From NCBI RefSeq assembly GCF_041146345.1, contig NW_027191406.1, forward strand, positions 1,054,001-1,118,000: a stretch of 64,000 nt of DNA, in the 5' to 3' direction. The position numbers and the translations under genes are program-made. Origin of the DNA: Neodothiora populina. Its lineage: Eukaryota. The notes beneath the pieces were generated by a model. The model saw only the letters and a list, made by a program, of their open reading frames with translations. It made no database searches and was not told the origin of the DNA. This document shows, piece after piece, positions 11,265 to 24,912 of the stretch; positions within the stretch are counted from its first letter, which is position 1, and the number at the start of each line of letters is the position of its first letter.

Positions 11265-12918
11265 TCTTCGTATCTGACAGATATGTAGATGTAATTTTGC
11301 TAATCTCTGAATTGATAGAAGGACGCAAGATTGCAATTAGATACAAGAATAGAGCAGGGAGGAATAATCACGATGCGGAGATAGCTGCGATGCCACGATT
11401 ATGTCATTCCCATGAGCTGCACAGAAGAGACCGGCTGGAAAAGAAAGTTGAGACATTGTTTAAGGATGTGTAGCCATCGTGGTTGATATAGCTTGAGATT
11501 CCACATGTATACGGCGACATGGCATTGGCCTGGACCGGCTTAGTCGACCTCAATCAGGTAAGATCTATTGGGCGGAAACAGTATGCACAGCTTCCTTCAA
11601 CGGCGGTTTACAGATGTCCAATGCCCAAGACAGCAAAATCAAAGGAAAAAAGAAATGGCTGGTCGTAGGTTAACTTGTTACTATCAGACGTTGCGATAAA
11701 CGTTTAACTAAGATCCGTAGTTGTGGAGTAGAATTCTAGAGTCCTGCAATGTCCATCTGCAGACGATCAAGAGTGGCGTCCGGCCCTGTCACGCTTAACA
11801 GACTCGTGTCATATCTCTGTATCGTTCGCACAGAGCCGAGTGGTATTATGTCAAGGTAGGCACCCAGAGATACTTGCAGGAAGGTGGTATCATTTTGGCC
11901 GGTTATTCGGCTAAGAGTATCAACTGCGATCGCTTCACCTCGATCTAGTGAAGCTTGAGTTCAACGGCTCCGGCCCGAGAGGTTCGCCCGCAACCAGGAC
12001 TAGCCCACGTTAATTTTTTTTATGGCGTTCTGCTCACTTCGAGGAACACGTTCTCATCAATGCTTGTCGTAATACGATTAGTTTCTGTATCGAATTAGCA
12101 CATTAAGCTCTTAGTCTCGATATCCTTTCCATCTTCGATAGTGATCTGTATCGTCGCTATCGCCAGAAAGGCTTGCTTATCACCTGAACTAGCATATTCA
12201 TAGTATACCTCATGTTTCCTACAATCGTTGCGATACACTGGACAGCCCTTTCCGTTTGCGGTACATCCGTTTGAGGTCAACATCACCCTCCGGAGTCTCG
12301 ACTCTGTGCTGAAACGAGCGAGTCTACACATCCGGTACGGGAGCTATATCGACAGTGCAATTAGAAACGTTATTGGTTGCCTTAAGGCAATGTCCCCGTC
12401 GTTGGAATCTGCAATGCCTGCGGTTTGTCCTCGCCTGTCAACAATCCAGAAGGCTCATGGCGCCCTGATGAGTTAGGCAATGACTCCATTGTCTCACCTC
12501 GCCGAATCGGTGGAGCTTTGGCCTTCGTGTTCACATGTCAGCTCCCTTTCGGTCCATTGACTTTGTCTATTCTGGACTGTCCCTTTTGCTAGGTACTTTA
12601 CATGTGTGTCTGGGGCGGCCGAAATGTCTTGCTTAGGCATTCTTGGACTTCGAGAGACAAACGTCCGGTAAGAGCGACTAGTCTCAGCATTATCTCCCTT
12701 TTGACGAAACGAGTAAATGTTCTAAGGTGAACGATCACCTTTCCATCTCTCTCTTCCTATATAGTCGATGACCTTGGACTCCACTGCGGCCAGTTCTGCG
12801 TCCTCTCCTTCGTTGGAAATCAACTGTTCTGCTTACGTATAGTCGCGAGATAGGAGTCGCCTCAGCAATCTGAATCCACTATCATACAGCAGACTCTCTG
12901 TCCAGTCAGACTACCAAA

Positions 12919-14041
12919 ATGAAGTTTGAACCTTTCCTAGTTGACGAAGCCGCATCGAGTTTCATGCGGCGAAAGTCCTCGTATCTTTTCTCGCAAAGAG
13001 ATCTTCCAGAGCCAAATGCAGATGCGTCATCCGCGTTCCGTAGAGGATCTGTGTTGGCAGCCGAATTCGGTACACCTTTAAGGCGAGCATCCGTGCTGGT
13101 AGCTGAACAACAGCATCTCGTCCAGGAAAAGAGGCTGCATCCTCTAATCACCGAGGTCGATTATTTCTCGGAGTCCGAGCCAGAGTCGCCGGAGTCGCCA
13201 GCTGGCCCGGTCAAGATATTGATGTTACATGGTAAGAAATGTTGATCACACGTATGTTGCCAGGAAATTGAATACTCACCATGAGCTAGGTTACACACAA
13301 TCGGGAGACTTTTTCAGCGCAAAAACTCGTCGTATCCGAGAAGGCATCAAACAAACCATAGAATCAGATCTACGAGAGCAATATCCTGAAGGTGTGGAGT
13401 TCTTCTATCCCGATGCTCCATTATTGAATGCCTCCGGTATCCCAGGATACGAAGGTGTTGGCGAGAAGAACGAAGATCTCAGAGGATGGTTCGACATTAA
13501 CGATATGTCTTTCCGTGGTCTCGAAGAGTCTCTCCGCTGGGTCATGGAGTACATGCGTGGCATTGGTCCTATCCATGGTATCGTTGGCTTTTCCCAAGGA
13601 GCCGCGCTGGCAGTCATGATTGCGTCACTTCTTGAAGCACGACAAAATCCCGCACGCCTCTCATCCATCTCCAGTCAGCAAGTTGCAATGGACTTGCAGC
13701 CCCCTCAAGGACCTTTAAAGTTTGTGGTATCTATGTCTGGATTCAGAGGCACCTCAGATCACTACTTGGGTTTCTACAATCCCATCATTGCCACACCCGG
13801 CATGTGTATCATCGCCGAGCTCGACACCATGATCAGTGAGGACATCAGTCTCATGCTGGTAGGATCGATGTTCGCCCCAGAGGTGATTCGTCATAAGGGA
13901 GGCCATTACGTTCCTACGGACAAAAAGACCATTGCCGCTATCATTGACTTCATACGTGAGCGTCTCACGAACGAACCTCGGCGAGAAGATTCTATACAGG
14001 GAGACAACTCCCACTCCCACTTCAGGAAGATCGAGTACTGA
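12919..14041 (+). CDS. FSH1/OVCA2-family serine hydrolase (esterase) with N-terminal extension
   Basis: 'KILMLHG|YTQSG' (intron 13232-13289), nucleophile 'GFSQGA', 'ELDTMI', 'GGHYVP'. Confidence 0.9.
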
Positions 14042-14642
14042 GCTTCGCCCATTGTTTCACAACACGGCGCCTGAAACTTGGGAGCAATGTACGATTTACG
14101 ACATGAGCATGTTGCGTTAGAGCTGCGGTGTCAGCTTTGTTCTGTCTGAATATTCAGATGTATACAATTTCTTCGATCATCATTTATTACCACCTCAGTT
14201 AGATGATAACAAAAACTTCTATCAATCTACATCTCTAATTCAACAACCACTTCGATGTTCATGAACTTCCCTAATCGGAATAAGGTTTGAGTGTCGTTTC
14301 AACGGGGTGGATTGGCGCATCGAAACGTCAGGGTCGAGAACCACATGTCGGTAAGAAATAGGGTTTTGCTTATTCGAAGATTGAGATATTATGACATATG
14401 ATGGTTTTCATTGTCTTGATTTCTGAGTGTTATGACCGCTCTCAGTTATGCATGACAGGCAGTAATCTTCTGAATACGAGTCAGAATGGTTGTCGTAACC
14501 CTCAAGACGTGCCAACATTGGTTCGTTGTTCATTTAGACCTACGACGTCCAAAGTCAGCCAGCTGGTTACATCAGATAATTGGCATGTCCACTAACTTAC
14601 TATGCGATCGTTGGGTGACAATTAGTCTCTTTCACGACACAC

Positions 14643-16597
14643 TTATGATCCTGACTTCCTCCACTCGGAGAGTAATTCTTGAACATCTTCAGCGTCCGCC
14701 TCATCAGCCAATTCTCCCTTGATGATATCCGCTGCTTTTTCCGCCACAGCATATACGCTTGACTGGATGTTTCCTCTTGGTATCAGTGGGAAAACACTTG
14801 CATCCACCACGCGTAGACCCTTCGTTCCATATACTTTCAGCTTGCTATCAACCACGCCCCCTTTCCTCTCTGGCATCATCGCGCAAGTGCCGCAGAGGTG
14901 GTAATGTGGCACAACTCGATCAGTGGCTATCTGCTTTGCCTGCTCCAGAGTCATCTTTCCTGGCTCTGAAGGCATGGGCGGCAAACGCTTACCGCCTGGT
15001 TTGAGCAACTTCGAGAGAGGGTCTGCCGAGACTAGGTTCTCGGTCCAGAGGATATGATGTGCGATAAGTTCAAGATCAAGGGGATGCTCCAGTAATCCGG
15101 TGTCCAGCGAAGGTTTCGCGAGTGGGTCGGACGAGGCAATGTGGACCGAACCGCGTGAGAATGGATGATTCAAAACGCTAACGACAGAGATAAACTGTCC
15201 TTCCTCGCTCATCCCGTAGACGTCTTTGAGCAACACACCTTTGTCCGGTGTTATTTGGAAGTGAGCAAAGGTGTATTGGCCTGAAGCCTCCTCGGGATCA
15301 TGTAAGATCTTGCGTAACAGCCTGTACTGGGACTCCTTGCCTGGAAAGTCTTTGTATAGATGCTCAGGGGTATCTAGGTACCTCTCCAATAATGCCTCCA
15401 ACTCGTTCTGGCCTTCTTCGCTGGCGAAATCAACGATCGGCATGTATGAAGAAGCTATAGTGCATACGCCGAGGGGCCCAGCTCCTCTATTCTCTGAATA
15501 GTAATCAATCAGCTGCTTGGCGACAGCAGGATCACGCAGCATATCTCCCGATACGAGGCCATCCGCGACTTCGTAGCTCATAGGCACATAGCCATGCTCC
15601 TGCAGGTTCTCGCCCACGTTTGGATTGTCGACTTTGACTTCAATACCCTTGGATTGAAGGATACTAGCATCGCCGATCCCAGAGAGCTCTAGTATTTGAG
15701 GGGATTTGACAGCACCAGCTGCAAGTATCACTTCAGCAGCGCTGAGAGTCTGTCTCTCCCCATGTTTTGTCATTATCTCAACACCGACTGCTACGAATGA
15801 GCCAGCGAAGTCATCTTCGAGTAGGATCCTCGTCACTACTGTCTCTGTCATGATCTGCAAATTGCTTCTGCTAGCGACTTCTTCATTCAGATAAGCATTG
15901 CCTGCATGACTGCGTTGACGTGTCTTCGGATCGATGGTTCCTGTATTCGAGAATGCACCAATGGCGTTTCCTGTCAACGGATCACGTGTGGTCATTTGAT
16001 GCAACTCCTTGAAGGCCTTAGGCCAGGCTTCATTGTATGGCGTATATGATAAGATGTCCTCGCCGAAGCAGGTTTGGATCGGACCCGAGGTGCCGTGCAA
16101 CGCCTGATCGATATAATCGAGACTAAGAAGATTCTTGATGCCGTCGCTGGGAGGATGAAAAGTATGAAATTTACGAAAGTATGGGGCCATGCCATCCCAA
16201 CCCCAATCCGGGTTACCTAAATTCTCCCACGAATTGAAACCGGACAGCGATGGGTATATCATGAGGCCCAGGTTTATTGCTGAAGAGCCCCCGAGGCCTT
16301 TACCAGCAGGTTGATGCAGCTGCCGGCCATTAAGTCCACGCTACATCACTCCCTCAGTATACTTGGCTAAACATGACCACGAAATGTCCAACATACCTGT
16401 GGTGCTGAGATATAGGTCCAGTCAAAGTCAGGGTCTCCGTAGACTTGGCTTGCCAGTCCAGGGACCACAATCCGTGGATCAGAACGATGATCGGCTCCAG
16501 CTTCTATCACAAGCACTCGAAGAGATGGGTCTTCTGTTAATCTGGAAGCGACTACCAGGCCTGCAGTACCCCCTCCGATAATGATATAATCGGCCAT
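14643..16597 (-). CDS. GMC oxidoreductase (AA3), no signal peptide
   Basis: 'DYIIIGGGTAGLVVASRL', intron 16341-16396, 'GKGLGGSSAIN', 'LELSGIG', 'HYHLCGTCAM', 'LRVVDASVFP', 'GNIQSSVYAVAEKAAD'. Confidence 0.93.
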
Positions 16598-17772
16598 GAT
16601 CTCGTCCGAATATGTGTTTCTAAAGCTAGGCCCACCGACGGAAGGCTCAGGAAGCGGAAGTTTTGCTTGAAGAGAGGCTTACATTATATTTGCTGCGGCA
16701 CCCACCACGGTGCATGCCCCACAGTACTAACTCTAGTTGACATCCGCATGCCAGAAGGTCATCACTGCAGGGTGATGTGACCGGCATCCTCGTCTGAGCA
16801 CTACCGAAGATGCGCTACAGCACGCCGATGAGGGTGAGGGTAGAGCTCGCCAGACCATAATCATGTGCCCTCAATAGCTATGCGATAAGCAATCGCTGCG
16901 CCACCACTGATGTCGAATGGTCGAACTCATGCCACAGATCGAGGACATCGTGAGACCATATGGTAAGTGTGCCCCGCTCCCATCATCGTATTACTACCCC
17001 ACTGCATGACTCGTGGTGGGAAGTGTATGGCGAGATGTGGGATAATGCGGATATGCTCTAGACCCCGGTGCTCGAATGATCAGCGCGCTACACCTCTCAA
17101 ATGTCGCTCAGCGAAATTTAACACACCTCTGCTTACTTCTCCGAACATTCCGCACCATAAGCTGCTTGGCAGTGTGAGTAGTGACAAGAACACAAGATTA
17201 CTCCCTTATCAACGAGCTGGTGGCAAGCTAGGTGATTGGTTATTGAGCCTCTACTCGATACTATCTTATACCTGCTGGTCAGCCTTATCAATATCACAAT
17301 CTCGGATAGATCTAAATCGGAAGTTGGGGCATCGACTACTGAAAGAGCGGTCTTGGTGCCATATTCCTCAGCCATACCAGTGCTGAGTGGGGCTTGAAAG
17401 CCTCTTTCTTACCTGCATGACCCTTTCTCGACTAATGGGACTGTACTCGGATGGAATTCGTGTAGTGAGTAGAACATTGGACAAAAGCGTTACAGGCAAG
17501 TGACTCTCAGCTAAAGAAATACGCCCCCCTTCGCACTACTGTCTTTACAATTTGAGCAGCAGTAGTAGCATCTAGATGGATAGGGTGAGCAAGGCATGAT
17601 TGACGTGTCTCGGCCCTCAAGCCCGAGACTTTTGAATTTGACAAGATACAGCAAGCTATACTTTTATGCATCCCTTATCCATGGACATCCTCATCGGAAT
17701 CATGACTCGACGAATATCTTCCTTTCGTGTTCCCAGATCTCGTATGTGGCTCCTCTCTGCAGTTGAGGCCAT

Positions 17773-18225
17773 CTATTTGCAGCTGCTCGAGCCAGAAATG
17801 AACTCTCCGTCGGAGTTCTCACATCCGCACTCGCCGTTGTTGGGGTCCTTGATGCATCCTGCGCCCTCTCCGCTGCTCTCTCCCTTGCCGGTCCAGAAGA
17901 AAGTCCAGCAGTCCTCGTTGGACTCGGTCATGTCAGCGCTGGTGGGAGCGGTGGAGGTGAAAGCCTCGCAAGTGCCGTAAGGAGCACCGTGGGACTTGTC
18001 GTACTTGTGGTCGGTGGTGAAGACAGCGTAGGTCTGCTGGCCAGACACTCTGGTGTTGTGGCTGCACTCGGCGGCCTGGATGGCCTTGGAGGTCTTGACA
18101 GGCGAAGAAGTAAACTTGGACGAGGGGCATTTGCCCTTGGTGTTGGAGGTGGCAGGGTCGAGGGTGGCGCTGACGGCGGTCATGGCCATGGCCAGAGAGA
18201 CAAGAGTAGAGATCTGGAACTGCAT
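17773..18225 (-). CDS. Small secreted cysteine-rich protein (150 aa, 8 Cys)
   Basis: Hydrophobic signal peptide 'MQFQISTLVSLAMAMTAVSA', intronless, strongly biased codons, 8 Cys in the mature part. Confidence 0.85.
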   Translation of the reverse strand: MQFQISTLVSLAMAMTAVSATLDPATSNTKGKCPSSKFTSSPVKTSKAIQAAECSHNTRVSGQQTYAVFTTDHKYDKSHGAPYGTCEAFTSTAPTSADMTESNEDCWTFFWTGKGESSGEGAGCIKDPNNGECGCENSDGEFISGSSSCK

Positions 18226-21200
18226 TTTGACGGTTTTTGCTAATACAAGATAATCGACGATTTTCTGTTTTCTATTGAAAAGAACGATTGTTTGGTTCGT
18301 TGAAAGTAGGCCTGCCTGACTGTATAGAAAGAATGGATGGGAAATGGAACTCGAATCGAAAAGGAAAAGCGAAGAAACTACTTATACTTGCACTTTCTGC
18401 ATATTCGCAATACTATGGCTGGGATCGAGAGTTGGCGTCACAGATGAGTAGATCAAACGACAAGGGGTCGTTTGCAATCCTGCATCACAAAAGCACCGAC
18501 GTAGGAGATATATTTATTGAACTCGTGTTTCGCCATGTACAGTAAGGTGTACAATGCGGGCCGTCCCTACCTAGGGAGCACATAGCCACATGTTCATATA
18601 TGTAAATGTAGATATATATATATTATTCTCGCGATACGGAGAAAGAGCATATAAAGTCAAGAGTTCGAGGAGATCTATCGCGAAGAGGTTATACAGTACG
18701 GCAGAAGCGCTGCAGTAGTCAGACTCGAACTGGACTGGAAAGAGCACTGAGCGATCGTCGGGGAAGTGCTGTGCCATCACCCGACGTTCCACATCCATGG
18801 CGCACATACCACGACTGCGACTTCAGCTGTCATCTCCGCCCTTTCTCAATGATACTCTTACCGAGTTGGCTCTTCTACTTGCCTTACCCTTGTCATGGGG
18901 TGGAGCAAAATGTGCAGGTAGAGTGAACGACGTTTCACACCCTTCGTGCTCTTTGCAAGCAGAGAAACGCACTCAGGCCCTGATGAGGAGTGGAAGCCAC
19001 GTCAATGTCAGCCCATCCATCCATGGGGTCTAGAGGCTTCCAGACGTTGATCAACGATTCCGTCTCAATTCCCGTCTCAGGATGGGCGACTTCGCAATAT
19101 TCACAAGGCTTGGCAAGCATGGAGCGCCACACGCGTCTCTCGTGGGGCATAGCGTGTTATACTGCACACCCGGAGGTCGTCGGTCGTCGGTCAAAGTCGT
19201 ATATTTGTTGCTGTATAATATACCTTATGGATAGGAGTATCGCTCGCAGATTTAAACTATTCATCTACAAGGGGCAGTGTCACTTCTAATTACTATCCTC
19301 CTTAAATGGATCAGTTTACGAGTTGCCGGAAGCTGATGCTGAAGGGAGACTATGGCTGTGCTTAAAGTGTTTACTCCCGTGCACGACTGCTCATCGATAC
19401 TTCACAGCATCGTATGTAGCAATATATTGCTCAGTCGAGTCCGATGCCTTCCTTCTCTCCTGCACGGACTAACATGTTATCTACACCCTAGGCCACATAT
19501 TCTCAAACGTGCAAACCGACCCGGTACCAGCGAATGATTCCTTCCATTCACACCCCGATCTAGTACCAGTCTCGGACTAGGTGGGTGCGTCGTATACTCG
19601 CATTACTCCGGCAGACTTTCTCCCTGCAAGTTTCCCTAATTTCAACGAGTGAGATGACCATGACATCTCGAAGCAAATCTTCAGTCGATCCGAAGAGTTC
19701 AGGATCTACCGCCAAACACTTCGTTATTTTCTTCAACAACGGCTTTGCGTGTGTCCTTGTACACAGTGATATTGCTTTTCTATGTCATGGTAGGTGGTAT
19801 TGGCCAAAATGGTCAGTTCGACTTGCTAAAGGCATTGCTTCGACTGGTGCCGGCGGTGTTCATGTCTACTGTTCCTCATGATTATATGGCCATCACAACG
19901 GCTAAGTAACCTCCTGTAAACCGATGTCGAATGGAAGCTTGTGGTGGCCTCGATGAGCTACATCAGTCTAGCGTTTAGTCAAATGAGACAGGCAACGTTC
20001 ACTCTGCTTTTCGCATTCTTTGCCAACACGTCAGTTGAGATCTGGTGTCAGAAGAGCAAGGTAGCCGAAACAAAGACGTTGTAGGTCGACGCGCTGTCAG
20101 TCCGCACTGCGACTCATGATTCGCTTGAAACCCATCGCTAGTTATTCTTTGATAGTTGCTCGTGAATACAGAAAGAACATTTTCAATACTAAGCTTCCTA
20201 AACGTCGTTCTCACACGATCATCATGAACGTTCTCGACAGTCCGAGTCATCATATCCGGAACCCTTTCTCTTCTGGTCAGCGATATGTGAAAGCCGTTGC
20301 AGTGATAAGATTACCCGCCATTTACCCCCTAACATCCACCATATCATGTCTTCGGCGTTTCTTGACACTCGACTCTTCTCTGTCGTCACACTCAATGACC
20401 AGTGCAGTCTACCAGTTTTCTGTTCATCGTTGGAAGAGGGGGCGATGACGGCGATCGCGACGGATTGGTTCGATGTCTATTCAGTGAGCCTCACGCAATC
20501 ATCGTTGAATAGCACTCGTTTTTCGAAAATGATGGAGTATACCATGCAACACGACTCTTTAGCAGTGTAGCCAGATATTGTGGCCATCAAGCCACTGCTA
20601 CGTCGAGTCGAACTAATTAACCAACAACAACTCTCATGTCATTCTCTTAAGACGCATACTTTGTGCAGTGATGAGGACATCAATAGAAAAGGTCAAAAAG
20701 AATGATATAACAGCAAGAGCACGTTACCACCACCGCAGCAGCCAGCCATCTACATCCCATTCATTTAGCAGTACAGTACAGTAGATCTCAAAAGCTCGGC
20801 ACACAAAAATAAAGTAACGGTTCCTTAGGCACGCCCGTTGCATAATCAGCCCCTTGAATGTCATCTACACGTCCAGGTACCTGACCTTACCTCACCTTGC
20901 CTAAGGTACAAGTAGCGTTGATATGCACCGCCGTTTGCGTCATTGTAAACATCGAAGCCATTGTTGTCAACATGCTTATGATTCATTTCATCATCGTCGT
21001 TGTCGTCATTGTTGGTTGATTCTACATACATCATACCATTAGGACCGGTTGTGATCACAAGATAGGTACTGCAGGGGAGGTGGTAGACTAAGGTAGATAT
21101 GAGATAGGCTGGATAAACAATGTGGAAAGATAGATGCAGTACAAGGGAATCAGCATGTACGCTTTCATAAGTAATGTAAGATGTGAACAATGCAAGATGG

Positions 21201-22485
21201 GGTGTGCTATAAGTACCTACTTTACTATACCTTACTAAGAAGAGAAGGCGGGAAGGCACCATAGTGTGTGTAATGCTTCACAATCCATACCTCCGTAGTA
21301 TCATATACTAGAAGAGATCAGTATCAGCCCTTTTTATTCCTCTGTTAATTTTCAGCGGGATTTAGAGGACAGTAGTAGATCAGATCTGAGATAATGCTCT
21401 ATTGTACTATCGACGATAATGACAATCATAGTATTAATGAGATAAGTATAGATTGCGCTTCGATAATCGCATCAATCGCATCCCTACATATTCGTTATAA
21501 GCGCGCAATGAACATGTAAACTGGAGTCAAGCGACGACGAGCCTGCCAGGATATCTTGTTCTTTGTTTCATGTTACCATACGTCTGCCCTCAAACAAGAC
21601 ACGGCAAGACAGTGAGAGATCTTCCCGACGGAGACAGACGCAATATAGTCACATAGTACCACACTTTAATGAGAACGAGGACTAATCAAGAAGGAAAGAA
21701 GAGAAGAATCGTGCTTTGTTTTCCCGAAAATGACGTCTTTCTAGATCGATATTCTGAATCGATAATACTACTAATCTAATGGTAAAAAGAGCACGGTAAG
21801 GTAAGGTAAAGACACCGGGAATTTCTTACGCTAGCTAGCCAGCCAGCTCCGGATTTCTTCCTTTTTGCTTCCTTCCTCCCTTCCTTCCTTTCTTCCTTAC
21901 ACAAGTGAATGAAGTGTATTGCGTATTTAGATTCGACAGAAAGACCAACTTCGGAAAGGCAAAAAACAAGAATAAGGAGAGCGATGGGGGTGAGAGAATA
22001 ATAAGAAAAGCCAACAAGGGAGCAAAGACTGCACGATAGCACAACTGATAGCTAACCTCCGAGTCAAGCGCCTTGAAAGACGACGACATCTGTCGAGGAA
22101 TGGTAAATCTGCATGTGTATCGGCAGAGTTGCGAGAAAACAAAAAACTTGTGGCGTGAATAAAGGTGGGGGGATATCAATAGAAGTGAAGTATAATGGTC
22201 GTCAAAAGCCACAGTCCAATGTGGGGGGAAAAGTGACAACAAAGGGAGTCGTCCCGTCTCCTTTCCCCAGTGTTTTGTTCCGAATCATCAAGCCGTAGAG
22301 AATAAAATGGAGACCAGCCACCGAAGAAGGTGTGCTTGGGTCTATTGAAGAAAGAATAATACAAGAAGTGAAGTTTGGTTTTTGGGCAGGGGCAGCAAAC
22401 ATAGGAAACATCTTTTTGCGAGGGTGGGTGACTTGTATGACTGATGTTGGGTTTGATCAGTCATTCACCCGGTCTGCATTTGCAT

Positions 22486-23058
22486 TTAGAGAAGTTGAGC
22501 AAATGAGATGATGGCGGCGATGGCAGCGGCACCGCTAAGAGAAGCGGCGAGGCCAGAGGCGGCGCCAGTGTAGGAGGAAGCAGTAGGCTTGGAGATGCCA
22601 CTCAGGGTGGAGGTACCGTTAGAGGCTGGGGCTGGGACGACGCCAGTGCTGGTGCTCCAAGGTGCAGATGCAGATGCAGAAGCAGAGCTTGCGGCGGTGG
22701 CATTTACCGCTTGAGGTACCCAAGATGATGAGCTGACCACGGAAGTAGACCAAGAAGAGCTTGCGGTCGAGGTGGACCAGGCACTGCTCGAAGAAGTAGT
22801 GTTGACGGGCGCCACGATAGAGCTTGAGCTGCTAGAAGAGGCAGAGTCCATTGCTGCTCTCAGAACAGAGGGGACAACAGTAGGATAGGTGGTGACCGAG
22901 GATGAAGAAGACCAGGCCGTCGAAGTCGAGGTGCAAGTGGTAGTCTCGACAACGTGGTTCACAGTGAACGTGGTGTAGTAAGTAGACACCGAGGTGAGAT
23001 CCGCAGCCGAGGCGGTCAGCGCAAGGGCTGAGGCAAGGAGGATGTTGCTAATCTGCAT
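22486..23058 (-). CDS. Ser/Thr-rich GPI-anchored cell-wall protein
   Basis: Signal peptide 'MQISNILLASALALTASA', S/T-rich body, C-terminal 'YTGAA' omega-like site followed by a hydrophobic tail. Confidence 0.85.
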   Translation of the reverse strand: MQISNILLASALALTASAADLTSVSTYYTTFTVNHVVETTTCTSTSTAWSSSSSVTTYPTVVPSVLRAAMDSASSSSSSSIVAPVNTTSSSSAWSTSTASSSWSTSVVSSSSWVPQAVNATAASSASASASAPWSTSTGVVPAPASNGTSTLSGISKPTASSYTGAASGLAASLSGAAAIAAIISFAQLL

Positions 23059-24912
23059 TGTGTCGAGTCTGAACAAGAAAGCTGGTGTACTAGTGTAAAG
23101 ATGTCTGTCGATATAAAGCAATCGTGAGGTGTCAGGTATGACTAATGTGTATATAATCGCAACCGGAAGGAGTGGCTGAAGCTATCGTGGGTTTCGTGAA
23201 AACGAATGTGGTGCAGAGCGCTGCTCGCAAAGGATTGAGACTCTGAAAAGAGCGTGGGTGCAGTATAGCTTACTGTATAGACTGTAGAGAGGGAAGAGGA
23301 AGCCATCGGACGAGGTGACGGGTAGGTAGTGCAGATATAGCGAGTTTCCCAATTGGCGACCCAGATTGTGCATGGTCACTCGGAGCGAGATGCAGACCTG
23401 ATCTTGGGTCAGTCGCCCGACTATTGAAAACCATGAAAAGGTGCCTTGGGTCCATTGTCCAATCATTGATGGAGCGCATCGCTACAGCAATTTCCGGTAG
23501 ACAACCAGAGGCTGGATGAGGTTTAGCTCGCTCATTTCATGCAGGTTCCATGTGGGTTCGTTTTGAGGAACCAGAGCGGAAACTAACCTCGTCCGGGATC
23601 GCGTGATTGCTTAAGTGTGGTCAGTGTGCAGCGACCGAGGGAATCTGCGCCTATCCTGCTTTTACCCTTTGATGGAAACCTGGGGTGGTAATCAAAAGAC
23701 CCAAGAGCATGTAATCAATCAGCCAAAACGTCTGTCCGACAATCGCGCAAGATTGCACCGGCCGAACTATTGACAGATGACAACAGCGAAGCATGAAGAA
23801 ATTGATACTGTGTCCTCCTGAACTCGCAGAATCTCTCTCTCTCTGCAGTCACGCGACGGAAGAAGTCCAGGCCAAAATCAAGGTTGGGCCCAACCACACC
23901 AAGAGACGGCAGATCGAAAAGAAAACATGAGGGAAAAACCCCTCCCATCGGCTATAGCACGCCGGTGAATTATTGACCTGTAGTGAGACCTTCTGAAGCG
24001 GTGGGCCGGCGAAGTGCCAAGTGAATGAAAGATCAATCTCCAGCTTTGATGAGTGTGGCGATCTCGTCTTTCTGCACGCGCAGAATCCTCGGTGAAAGGT
24101 GGTTGAGGAAGATGAACAGGGATGTGCAATGTAAGTCACAAATCACCAGCAATGTCCAGCAATGTCGTGAGATTTGCTGCGAACCCTTGTAGTTCCTGAC
24201 GATCCGATCGCCTCTGCCCGCAGCAGGCCCCCACCACGAACCGCTGTCCGTAGCCGCTTGTGTCATTGCGTGAATACGAGGAGTTTCCGACTACCCAATA
24301 TGTTAAGTGGGTGTTGCTCTAATCGATATGCTTTTACGATAGGCAAGTCTTCGCTTCGGCAAGTCTGGTCAACAGGGTCAACAGACCGCATGATGGCTTC
24401 TGTTCTCTCGCGTTGTTTGCACAACGGGTTTATACTCTTGAGAAGTTGCAAATAGTGGCTGACAGCGAGAGGTTGCCTGGACGAGGGCGTGGCGGCAACT
24501 ATAGAAAGTCTGGAAATAGTCGATGGTTAAAATTGCCGAAATACTCGGGCTTCTGTTTAAAAGTGCCTTGGTGTATCACAGTGTGACACTTTTGAGGAGA
24601 GAATAGTAAAAGTCACTATGTACGGACGCTCAATTTGCAAGATCGGTTATATTCGATATTAATGCTAGTAGTAAACCCATCATCCCTCAATGCTTCACTG
24701 TCGGGTATGCATCTATGTACACTGGTAATTCATAGCTGTATGCCTCGCTCGGACTCGTTAGAGTTCGACAAAAAGCCTCCTTCGTGGACAGAGTTGGAAT
24801 TGAAATGAGAACATAATATGCAAAACGCTCATCCACCAACGCCTTGCAGAGTGCACAGCAACCTATCCCATAAGCCCAGCATGAACAATTGTCCAAACTA
24901 TGGAGCAGCAGA

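Noticed and set aside
16860..17460. Coding-like fragments ('ELMPQIEDIVRPY', 'SWWEVYGEMWDNADML') with a GTAAGT donor
   Set aside because: Multiple stops and no family I could assign. It may be a gene relic but I cannot support that.
19560..21800. Gene-poor, partly AT-rich stretch as a RIP-mutated transposon or pseudogene
   Set aside because: No terminal repeats and no transposase or RT motifs seen. A RIP index and repeat search would be needed.
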